Assembly (NCBI RefSeq): GCF_009914755.1
Contig: NC_060947.1
Strand: one strand, 5' to 3'
From: the human T2T-CHM13v2.0 reference genome, Homo sapiens
Length of the DNA stretch: 64,000 nucleotides
Below are positions 49,806 to 64,000 of the stretch, piece after piece. The position numbers and the translations under genes were made by a program. Position 1 is the stretch's first letter, and each line of letters starts with the position of its first letter. A model generated the notes under the pieces. It had not been told where the DNA came from and made no database searches. It was given only the letters and a program-made list of their open reading frames with translations.

Positions 49806-51149
49806 ATGTGGAATATTGAAACTGGACGCCTTCCTTATACCATATACAAAAATCATCTCAATATGAATTAAGGACCTAAATATAATACTCAAAACTATAA
49901 AACCCCTGTAATATAACCTAGGAAATACCATTCTGGACATAGGAACTGGCAAAGATTTCATAATGAAAATGCCAAAAGTAATTTCAACTAAAGCAAAAAT
50001 TGAGAAATTGAACTTAATTAAACTCTAGAGTTCTGCACAGCAAAAGAAACTGTCAACAGAGTCAACATGCAGCCTACAGAACGAGAGAAAATATTTGTAA
50101 ATTATACATCTGACAAAGGTCTAATTTTCAGAATCTATAAGGAACTGAAATGTTCAAGCAAAAAACAAGCAAACCTATTAAAAAGTGGGCAAAGGACATG
50201 AACAGACACCATTCAAAAGAAGACATACATGCGGCCAAGAATGATATGAAAAAATGCTCAATATCCCTAAACATTAAAGAAATGCAAATCAAAACCACAA
50301 TGAGATACCATCTCACACACAGTTTGAATGGCTATTATTAAAAAGACAAAAATAACAGATTCTGGTGAGGTTGCAGAGAAAAAGGAATGTTTATACATTG
50401 CTGGTGTATAAGCTTTCTGCCACAGTGCTTTCTACCATTGTAGAAATGGTAGAAAGGAGGAGAAAGAGATTTGGGAAAAAAAACCTGTTGGGTACTATGT
50501 TTAGTACCCAGGTGATGAAATAGTTTGTACACCAAACCCCTGAGTCAGTAGTTTACCTATATAACAAACCAGCAGATGTACCCCTGACTAAAATAAAAGT
50601 TAAAATATTTAAAAAGACACATTGTTAATTGAACACACATGTACAAATTGGGAAATATTTACAGTCTTCTACCATTTTTTCTGAAAAAGGTATAGAGTGA
50701 ATGTATAAAAACACATATATGTAGGCATTTGCTAATATGTTTGTGAAAAGATACACAGGTGACTGATCACATTGTCTGCTTCCAGAAGGGGAAAATGGGT
50801 GGCTGGACAGAGAGGTGGAGAAGTCTGTGCACCAAATACTCATTCTGTTTTTTGATTCTTGAACCATATGAGTGCATTAACTATTCAAAAATTTTTTTAC
50901 AAATATTGTTTATACATTACAATCATAATTTCAAATCTTATTTGAAATTGAATAATATGTTGTCTCTGTGGACTAAAATAATTTATAAATAGTTAATAAA
51001 AATGGAATAACTCTTTCAATGGCTTAGTAATAAAAGGTTTAGTATCTGCTTTAATTATTGATTGATATTTAGTGGTTTATAAGTTATAAATCCATAAATA
51101 ACCTATAAAATATTAATTAAAATCTACAGTAAAACTCTAAATTGTAATG

Positions 51150-54100
51150 GTAATAATTTTTGCTTATATAAATTTATGGAGTATAAGTGTAATTTTGTTA
51201 CATGAATAGATTGTGTAGTGGTGAAGTCAGGGCTTTTAGAGTGTCCATTATCCAAATAATGTACATTGTACCAATTAAGTAATTTCCCATCCTTCATTGC
51301 CTCAAACCCCCTTATCACTGAGTCTCCATTGTCTTATCATTCCACATTCTACATTCACATATACACGTTATTTACCTCCCATTATAAGTGAGAATATGTG
51401 ATTGTTGTCTTTCTGTGTTTGAGTGGTTTCACTTAAGATAATGGCTTTCAGTTCCATTCATGTTACTGACAAAGACATTATTTCATTATTTTTAAAGGCT
51501 GAATAGTATTCCATTGTGTATATATACCACATTTTCTTTACCCAGTCATCCATTGATGGATATTAAGGTTGATTCCATGTCTTTGCTATTGTGAATAGTG
51601 CTGTTATAAATATATAATATATATTATATATTTATGCTGCTATCTTTTAAATATAATTATTTCTTTTCCTTTGGGTAAATGCCCAGTAGTGGGATTGCTG
51701 GATTGATTGGTAGTCCTATTTTTAGTTCTTTGAGAATCTCTATATTGTTTTTCATAGAGGCTGTACTAATTTACATTCCCACCAACAGTGTATTGGCATT
51801 TTCTTTCTTCAAATCCTCCAACATGTTATTTTTTTTGTCATTTTTAATGAGCCATTCTAAGTCCTATAAGATGATACCTCGTTGTGGTTTTAGTTTGCAT
51901 TTTTCTAATAATAAGTGATGTTGAACATTTTTTCATATGGTTGTTGGTTATTTGTATGTCTTCTTTTGAAAAATATCTATTCATGCCCTTTTAAAACTTT
52001 TTAATGGGGTTGTTTTTATTTTGTTGAGTTCCTTGTAAATTATGGATATCTGTCCCCTGTTGGATGCATAGTTTGCAAATATTTTATGTCATTCTGTATG
52101 TTGTCTCTTAACTCTGTTTATTGTTTCCTTTGCTGTGCAGAATATTTTCAGTTTAAGTTTCATTTACTTATTTTTGTTTTTGTTGCTTGTGCTTCTGAGG
52201 TCTTATTCATAATTTTTTTGCCTAGACCAATGTCCAAAAGACTTTTTACTAAGTTTTCTTCTAGTATTTTTATAGTTTCAGGTCTTACATTTGGGTCTTT
52301 AATCCATCTCGAGTTGACTTTTGTACATAGTGAGAAATAGGGGTCCAGTTTTATTATTCTGCATATGGCAATCGAATTTTCCCAGCACCTATTGAAAAGG
52401 GTGTCCTTTCCTCAGTGTATGTTCTTTTCAACTTTGTGAAAGATCAGTTAGCTGTATTCATGTGACTTTATTTCTTGGTTTTCTATTCTGTTCAACTGAT
52501 CTATGCATCTATTTTTATACCAGCATGATGCTGTTATAATTACTCTAGCCTTGAAGTGCAATTTGAGGTCAGGCAATGGAATGCCTGTAGCTATTTTTTT
52601 TCTTTTTTCCTTAGGATTGCTTTGGCTATTTGAGTTCTTTTTTGGTTCCATATGAATTTCAGGATTGTTTTTCCTAATTCTGTGATAAATGATATTGGTT
52701 TTTATAGAGATTGCATTGAATCTGTAGATTTCCTTAGGCAGTATGTTCATTTTTACAATAGTAATTCTTCTGATCCATGAAAACGAATGTTTTTTCCACT
52801 TTTTTTCATCTATAATTTCTTTTATCAGTGTTTTGTAGTTTTTTTTTTTTGTAGAGCTCTTTCAACTCCCTGATTAAATATATTCCTAGGTTTTTTTTTT
52901 TGTAGCTTTAGTAAGGGGGAGTGCCTCCTTGATTTTTTTCGCAGGTTGATCATTATTAGTGTATAGAAATGCTACTGATTTTTGCACATTGATTTTGCAT
53001 CCTGAAACTTCACTGAAGTGACATGTCAAATCTAAGAGTTTTTTTTTTTTTGGCAGAGTCTTTAGTGTTTTCTAAATAGAAAATAATCTCATCAATGCTT
53101 TTTATGCATTTATTGAGATTATCATCTGGTTTATGTCCTTTATTCTGTTCATGTGTTGTATTACATTTATTGATATGCGTATGTTGAACCAACCTTGCAT
53201 TCCTGGGAAGAAATACACTTGATTATGGTGTATTATCTTTGTGAGGTGCTGTTGGATTCAGTTTGGTAGTATTTTATTGATAATTTATGCACCTATGTTT
53301 ATTAGTGATATTGGCATGCAGTTTTATTCTTTCATGTATGTTCTTGCCTGGTTTTGGTATCATAGTGATACCGGCTTTGGAGAATTCGTTTCTCCTCAGT
53401 GTTTTGAAATAGTTTTTGGAGGATTGTTATTAGCTTTCCTTTTATTTTACTTTTTTAGAATTCAGCTGTTAACTCATCTGGTCTGGCATTTTCTTCGTTG
53501 GGAGGTTTTTTAACTACTGATTCAATGTCACTACTCATTATTGAACTGTTCACCTTTTCTATCTCTTCTTGGTTCAATCTTGGAAGATTATATGTTTCCA
53601 GGAATTAATCCATTTCCTCTAGGCTTTTTAGTTTGTGAGCATATACTTTTTCATAATAGCCTGTGATGATCTTTTTTATTACTGTGGTATTAATTGTAAT
53701 GTCTCTTTTTTGTAACTGATCTTATTTATTTGAATCTTCTTTCTTCTTTTCTTGGTTAGTCTAGCTAGCAGTTTATCAATTTTGTTTATTTATTTATTTT
53801 GAGAAAACATCTCGCTCTGTCACCCAGGCTAGAGTGAAGTAGCATAATCATGGCTTACTGTAGCCTTAACCTCCCAGGCTCAAGCAATCTTTCTGCCTCA
53901 GTCTCCCATGTAAATGGGACTACAGGTCCTACCACACCTGGCTAATTTTTATTTTTATTTTTTGTAGAGATGGTAGTCTCACTTTGTTGCTCAGGCTTAT
54001 CTTGAACTCCTGAGCTAAGTAATCCTTCCATTTTGGCCTCTGAAATTGCTGGAATTACAGGCATGAGTTACTGTGCTTGGCCTGTTTATCTTTTTGAAGA

Positions 54101-55085
54101 ACCAACTTTTTGTTTTGTTGATCCTTTGTATTGTTTTTTTCATCTCTATTTCATTTAGTTCTGTTGTGATGTTTGTTATATTTTTCTTCTGCTAACTTTA
54201 GGTTAGGTTTGTTCTTGCTTTTCTGGCTCCTTGAGGTGCAATATTGAGTTGTTCATTTATAATTTTTCCTCTTTTTTCATGTAGGCATTTAATGCTATAA
54301 ACTTCCATCTTACCACTGCTTTTGCCATATCTCATAGGTTTTGGGATGTTCTGTTTCCATTTTCGTTTGCTTTAAAAAATGTTTTCAATTTCTTTCTTAA
54401 TTTCTTCATTGATCCAATGATCATTCAGGAGCATGTGGTTTAATTTCCATGTATTTGTATAGTTTGCAGAGTTTCTCTTGGTATTGATTTCTACTTTTAT
54501 TTCACTGTGGTCTGAGATCATGTTTGATATAATTTTGATTTTAAAAAATGTGTTGAGATTTGTTTTGTAGCATAACATATGGTCTATCATGGAGAATGTT
54601 ATATTGATGAGAATAATGCATATTCTGTAGTTGTTGGGTAGAAAGTTCTGTAAATGTCTGTTAGGTTTATTTGATTTAAAGTTGATTGTCCATCTAGATG
54701 ATCTGTCCCATGCTGTGAGTAGGGAATCAAAGTCTCCCACTATTATTGTACTGCTGTCTATCTCTTCCTTTAGGTCCAATAATATTTGCTTTATGAATCT
54801 GGATGTTCCAGTGTTGGGTGCATATATATTTAAAATTCTTATAGCCCCTTGCTGAATTGACACTTTTATCATTATATAATGATCTTCTTTTACTATTTTT
54901 ACTGTTTTTGATTTAAAGCATGTTTTATCTGATATGAGTGTTGTTACTCCTGCTTGCTTTTGGCTTCTGTTTGCATAGAATAATTTTTCCATCTCTTTAC
55001 TTTCAATCTATGTGTTTTTACAGATAAGGAGAGATTTTGTGAGCAGCATATGATTGGATCACATTTTAAACATTTATTCTGCCAA
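51150..55085 (-). mobile_element. L1PB/L1MA-age element, with AluJ-like insertion at about 53785-54082
   Basis: 3' tail near 51155; ORF2 fragments including the EN region (54372..54992). Confidence 0.78.
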
Positions 55086-55124
55086 TCTCTCTCTATATAT
55101 TTTTGTATTAATGTTTTCTCTCTT

Positions 55125-58100
55125 TTTCAAAAAATTTTTGTAGGTGCATGATAGGTGTATACATTTATGGGATTCATTAAAAATTTCATAAGACATGCAA
55201 CAAACAATAATCACATTGTGAAAAATGGGGTATCCATCTCATTAAACATTTATCTTTTCTGTTAGAAATGATCTAATTATACTCTCTTAGTTATTTTAAA
55301 AGGTACAATTAAATTATTATTAGCTATTGTCACCCCTTTGAGCTCCAAAATACTAGGTCTTATTCATTCTTTCTAACTATATATTTTTGTACCCATTAGC
55401 CATTCCCACTTCCCCCTGCTCCCCACCCCCCACTAAGATTTCCAGCTCCCGGTAAACATTCTTCTACTTTTTTGTGTCCATGAATTGAATTGTTTTCATT
55501 TTCAGCAACCACAAATAAATGAGAACATGCAAAGTTAGTATTTCTATGTATAACATATTTCACTTAACATAATGACTTCCAGTTCCATCCATGTTGTGGC
55601 AAATGACAGGATCTCATTTTTTATGGCTGCATAGTACTCCATTGTATATATATACGACATTTTTAAATCCAGTCATCTGTTGATGGACATTTAGTTTGCT
55701 TCCAAACTTGGCTATTGTGAACAGTACTGCAACAAACATGGGAGTGCAGATATCTCTTCAATATACCAATTTTCTTTCTTTTGGGTATATACCCAGCAGT
55801 AAGAATTCAGGATCACATGGTAGCTAAATTTTTAGTTTCTTGAGGAACCTCCAAATGGTTTTCCATAGTGGTTATACTAATTTACATTCCCCCCAAGAAT
55901 GTATGAGTGTTACCTTTTCTTCACATCCTCTCCAGCATTTTTTAATGTCTGTCTTTTGGATAAAAGCCATTTTAACTGGGGTGAGATGATATCTCATTTT
56001 AGTTTTGATTTTCATTTCTCTGATGATGAATGATGTTGAGCACCTTTTCATAGGCTGATTTGCCATTTGTATGTCTTCTTTTGAGAAATGTCTATTCAAA
56101 TCATTTGCCCATTTTAAAATTGGATTATTAGATTTTTTTCCTATACAGTTGTTTGAGTTTCTTATATATTCTGGTTATTAATCCCTTGTCAGATGGGTAA
56201 TTTGCAAATATTTTCTCCCATTCTGTGGGTTGTCTCTTCACTATATTGTTTTCTTTGTGGTGCAGGAGCTTTTAAATTGATTTGTCTGTGCTTGTGGGGT
56301 ATTATTTAGAAAATTTTTGCCCAGACCAATGTCCTGGAGAGTTTCCCTAATGTTTTCATATAGTAGTTTCATGGTTTGAACTCTTAGATTTAAATCTTCC
56401 ATCCATTTTGATTTGATTTTTGTATATGGTGTGAGATAGGGGTCACGTTTCATTCTTCTGCATGTGGATATCCATTTTTCCAAGCACAATTTGTTGAAGA
56501 AACTGTCTTTTCCCCAGTGTATTTTCTTGGAAACTTTGGCAAAAATGAGTTTATTGTATTTATGTGGATTTGCTTTTGAGTTCTTTATTCTGTTTCATTG
56601 GTCTATGTGTCTGTTTTTATGCCAGTACCATGCTGTTTTGGTTACTATAGCTCTGTAGTATAATTTGAAGTGAGGTAATGTGATTGCTCCAGTTTTTTTC
56701 TTTCTGCTAGGAATAACTTTGGCTATTCTGGGTCTTTTGTGGTTCTATATAAATGTTAGGATCTTCTTTTCTATTTCTGTGAAGAATGTCTTTGGTTTTT
56801 TGGTAGGATTTGCATTGAATATGTAGACTGCTTTGGGTAGTGTGGACATTTTGACAATGTTGATTCTTCCAATCCATGAACATGGAATATTTTTCACTTA
56901 CATATGTTTGTTTAGTTTCCAAAATTCATCTTGTTATTCATTTGTAGATTTATTACATTGTGGCCAGAGAAGATACTTGAAATTATTTCGAGTTTTTTGA
57001 ATGATTTAAGAATTGTTTTGAGACCTAACGTATGGCCTATCCTTGAGAACGATTTATGTGCTGAGGAGAAGAATGTTTATTTTCCAGCCTTTGGATAAAA
57101 TGTTCTGTAAATTTCTATTAGGTCCATATGTATTATAGCATCAATTAAATCTGATGTTTCTTTGTTGATATTTTTGTCTGGAAGAGCTGTCTAATGCTGA
57201 AAGTGAGGTGTTGAGTTGAAGTGTCCACCTATTATTGTATTGGACACTCTCTCTTTTTCTATAATAATATTTGCTTTATATATTTGGGTATTTTATGGTT
57301 GAGTATGTATGTATTTAAACTTGTTATATACTCTTGCTGAACTGACCCCTTTATCATTATATAGTGACCTTCTTTGTCTCTTCTTATAGTTTTTTTCTTG
57401 AAATATATTTTATGTGATATAAGTATAGTAACTCCTGCTCTTTCTTGGTATCCACTGGCATGGAATATATTTTTCCATCCCTTTATTTTTAGTCTAAGTT
57501 TGTCTTTATAGGTGAAGTGTGTTTCTTGTAGGCAACAGTCTATTGGGTCTTATTTTTTATTCATTCAGCCAGTCTATGTCTTTTGATGGGAGAGTTTAGT
57601 ACATTTAAATTCAATGGTATTATTGATAAGTAAGGACTTACTCCTGCCATTTTGTTATTTCTTCACCTCCTTCTTTCCTTTCTTCCTGGCTTTCTTTTAG
57701 TGAAGGTGATTTTCTCTGGTGGTACAATTTAATTTCTTACTTTTGATTTTTTGTATCTGTTGTATATTTTTAAATTTGAGGTTACTATGAGACTTGCAAT
57801 TACTATCCTGTAGCCCATTATTTTAAACTGATGACAATTTAACACCGATTTTATAAACAAACACTTAAAAAGAAAACAAAAGCTCTAAGCTTTAACTATC
57901 TTTCACTACTTTTTAACTTTTTGTTTTTTTCTCTTCATGTCTTTTTTTAACTATATATGTTTTGAACAGTTGTTGAAGCTACTATGTTTGATTGGTTCAC
58001 CATTTAGTCTTTCTACTTAAGAAAAGTGTACACACCACAATTACTGTTATACTTTTCTGTTTTTTTTCCCGTGTGCTTATTATTGCAAGTAGTTTTCTAC

Positions 58101-60965
58101 CTTCATGTGATATCTTCTTGCTCATTAACATCCTTTTCCTTCAGATTGAAGAAATCTTTTAGTATTTCTTATAGGATAGGTCTGGTGTTGATAAAATCTC
58201 TCAGCTTTTGTTTGTCTGGAAAATCTCTATTTCTTCATGCTTAAGAGATATCTTTGCTGGCTGTACTATTCTAGGGTAATGATTTTTTTTCTTCTAGCAC
58301 TTTTAAATAATTCACACCACTCTCTCCTGACCTATAAGGTTTCCAGCAAAAAGTCTGTTACTAGACCTATTGGAGCTCCATTGTGTGTTGTTTGTTACTT
58401 ATGTGTTGCTGCTTTTAGGAACCTTTTGTTGTCCTTGACCTTTGGGAGTTTGATTTAAGTGCCTTGAGGTAATCTTCTTTTGGTTAAACCTGCTTGGTAT
58501 TCTATAACCTTCTTGTACATAAATGTTGCTATCGTTCTCTATGTTTGTGAAGTTACCTGATTTTTTTTTAATAAACTTTCTATCCATATCTCTTTCTCTA
58601 CCTCCTCTTTAAGGCCAGTAACTCTTAGGTTTACTTTTTAAAGGCTATTTTATAGATCCTGTAGGCATGCTTCATTTTTTAATGCTTTTTTCTTTGTCTC
58701 CTCTGTTTATTTTTGAATAGCCTGTATTCAAGCTTTCTAATTCTTTCTTCTGCTTGGTCATTTCTGCTGTTAAAAAACTCTGATGCAGTCTTCACTAAGC
58801 TAATTGCATTTTGAATTCTATCTGAAAGGTACCATATCTCTGTTTCTCCAGGATTGGTCCCAGGATTTCGACCTGTTTTTGTGCCTTATTTATTTCATTT
58901 GGTGAGGTCATATTTTCCTGGATGGTGTTGGTGCTAGTAGATGTTTTTCAGTGTCTGGGCACTGAAGAGTTAGGTATTTATTTTAATTTTTATTGTGTGA
59001 GCTTATTTGTAGCTGTTCTTCTTGTGAAGGCTTTCTAGATATTAGAAAGAACTTATGTGTTATCGAAGATATATCTGCTTTAAGGAGCACTCGCAGCCTA
59101 GTAATGCTGTGTTTCTTGCGGAATCATAGAGGTACTGCCTTGTTGTTCTTGGATAAGATTTCAGAGAATTCTCTGGATTACCAGGCAGAGACTGTTGTTT
59201 CCTTCCCTTACTTTCTCCCAAACAGTCTCCCTCTCTGTTCTAAGTCATGTAATGTTTGGGGTGAAGTGACACAAAACCCCCTGTGGCCACCACAACTATG
59301 ACTGCTCTGGGTCAGACCTGAAGCTAGCACAGCACTGGGTCTCACCCAAGACCTGCTGTAACCACTCCCTCATTATTGCCTATGTTCACTTGATGCCCTG
59401 GGGCTCTAAAATCAGCAGGTAGCAAAGCCAGCCAGGCCTATGTCTTTACCTTCAGGTTGGAGAGGACCCCCAGGCCCTGGGTGGGTCCAGAAGTGCCATC
59501 TGGGAGGGAGTCAGGGACTAGTGTAAAAATCCTTAGCAGTTTACATGGTATTTTACTGTGTAGTGGCTGAACTGGCACTCAAACTACAAGTTGCAGTTCT
59601 TCTCACTCTTCTCTCACCTTTCCAAAGGCAGAGAAGTTACACCCTGTGACTACCACCAACTCTTGTCACGAGGAATACTACCAGACTACCACTGATGTTT
59701 CCTTAAGCCTCAAGGTCTCTTGGTCAGCTTGTGGTGAATGCTGCCTTACCTAGGACTCACCCTTCGGGGCAGTGGATTCCCGTCTGGCCCAGGGCAAGTC
59801 CAGAAATGCCATCCAAGACTCATGTCCTGAAAATGGGGATCCCTAAGAGCCTGCTTGGTGCTTTACCACACCCTGTGGTATTGTTGGTAACTAATGTGCA
59901 AGACTAAGTTCCCTTAACTTTTCCCTCTGCTTTTCTCAAGCAGGAGGAGTTTTGTCCCATAGCCACTACAGCTGGTAATGTGCTGAGTCTCACCTGAAGC
60001 CAACAAGTCTCAGAGGCTCACACAAGGCCCTGGATGTAGCACCTTGGTATTGCTGCTGATTATTCAGGGCCCCAGAAATCTTCAGTTAGCAGGTGATAAA
60101 TGCTGGCAGGACTGAGTTTTTTCCTTCAAGGCACCAGGTTCTCTTCTGGTTCAGGGTGTGTCTAGAAATGTCATCTGGGAGCTAGGGCCTGGAACGATGG
60201 TCTCATGACTCTGACCAGAGCCCTATCCTGCTGTGGCTGAGCTGGTATCCAAGATACAAAAGAAAGTCATCCCCACTTTTCTGTCTCTTTTCCTTAAGCG
60301 GAAAGAGGGGATATTTTCTTGAGCTGGGAGCTGTGCAGCCTGGGGTTAGGGAAGGGGTGATGCCAGCACACCGTTGGCTGCCCCAGCCGGTCTTTCAGTA
60401 TGTCATGTGCCCTCCCAGTCCACTGTTTCTGGGCCTAGTTCAGGCCTAGGACTCACCTAAGAGTTGCAGTCCTTGTGGCCTAGATTGCCTTTCAGGTTTA
60501 CTTAGGGAACAAGTAAACTTTGTTTACTTTGTTTTGGCCCTCGGTGGCGAGGTTTTCAGGCATAACTCAAGTTTGGACCATTGGGATAAGGGATTTTCCT
60601 TTGCCTAGGGCTGGTTTAAATGCCTCCTCTGTGGGTGGGCATCAGCTGAGCTGGATCTGCTTTTTCTTTCTGCTCTAACAGGAGGGCACCGAGTTCAATG
60701 CCTCACAATTACTGTGTTCTCCCTCCCCCAGTGCCCAGAGATGCTTTCAGCACCTCTGGGGTGGGGATGGGGTGGTGTCAGCAATTCAGGTTTGTTTTTT
60801 CTATTTCTTCAGTGCCCCTTCCAGCAATATGACGTTTAAACAAGGTCCTATGAGTGCTTATCTGATTTTTGGTTCTTATGCAGGTGTTTTTTTTTTTTTT
60901 TTTTCTGTGTGGTGTCCTTCTGGGCGGCACGATTGATGGAGCTGTCTATTCTGTCATCTTGCTCT
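55125..60965 (-). mobile_element. L1MA-type element, 5'UTR to 3' end, with a large ORF2 deletion (about 56895)
   Basis: ORF2 fragments 55872-56922; ORF1-like 58399-58587; 5'UTR 59300-60960 ending attctgtcatcttg. Confidence 0.8.
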
Positions 60966-61014
60966 GTCTCTCTAATTTTACTTACTTTTCAAGAACCAGT
61001 TCTTTTAAAAATAT

Positions 61015-61695
61015 CTTTTCAACTTTTATTTTAAGTTCAGGGGGTACATGTGCAGGCTGTTACATGGCTATATTTTGTGACACTGAGGTTTGGGTTAAAA
61101 ATGATCCTGTCACCCACGAAGTGAGCATAGGATGCAATAGGTAGTTTCTTAGCCCTTTCTCTGCTTTCTCTTCTTCCATTAGTAGTCCCTGGTGTATATT
61201 GCTGCCATCTTTATGTCCATATGTACCCAATGTTTAGCTCCCACTTATAAGTGAGAGCATGTGATATTTGGTTTTCCATTCCTCTGTTAATTTGGTTAGG
61301 ATTATGGCCTTCAGCTGCATCTATGTTGCTTCAAAGGACACAATTTTATCCTTTTATATGGCCACATAGTATTCCGTGGTGTATATATACGCCACATTTT
61401 CTTTATCCAACTTACTATTGATGGGCCCCTAGGTTAATTCCAGGTATTTGCTATTGTGAATAGTGCTGCAATGAACATATGAAGACATGTGTCTTGTTTA
61501 GAGAACAATTTATTTTTCTTTGGGTGTCTACCCAGTAATGGGATTACTGTGTCAAATGGTAATTCTGTTTAATATTCATTGAGAAATCTCTAAACTGCTC
61601 CCTACACTGGTTGAACTAATTCACATTCCCACCAACAGTTTATGAGTTTACAAGCATTCCCTTTTCTTTGCAGCCTCACCAGCATCTGTTATTTT
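61015..61695 (-). mobile_element. Old L1PA/PB 3' end
   Basis: ttttattttaagttcagggggtacatgtgcagg...; interrupted at about 61695 by a younger L1. Confidence 0.8.
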
Positions 61696-61699
61696 TTTT

Positions 61700-64000
<2,301 letters not shown>

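Overview
Primate (human-like) genomic DNA: it carries AluJ/S/Y, L1PA2 to L1M, MSTA and a HERV-K provirus. No intact protein-coding gene is visible; almost all ORFs in the track are L1, Alu or ERV fragments or their antisense shadows. The first 6.7 kb holds spliced exon remnants of a decayed, intron-containing FNDC3-family gene on the + strand, most likely the X-linked FNDC3C pseudogene (FNDC3CP; family identified from recalled FNDC3A/B sequences, locus inferred). The exons are out of order: two exons of the first FN3 region (1-89, 453-597) lie upstream of the N-terminal exons (2650-2725, 4115-4189, 5871-6707). This points to two tandem partial gene copies. The 837-nt exon carries a roughly 19-copy, 27-nt Ser/Thr-rich coding repeat. 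From about 6.85 kb to the end the window is almost all nested retroelements: a deleted HERV-K(HML-5)/LTR22 provirus, two near-full-length L1s, a twin-primed L1, a young L1PA2-type insertion and many Alus. At two independent sites an L1 and an Alu inserted at the same target, leaving the target-site duplication (TSD) in triplicate. Subfamily calls were made by eye and need RepeatMasker confirmation.
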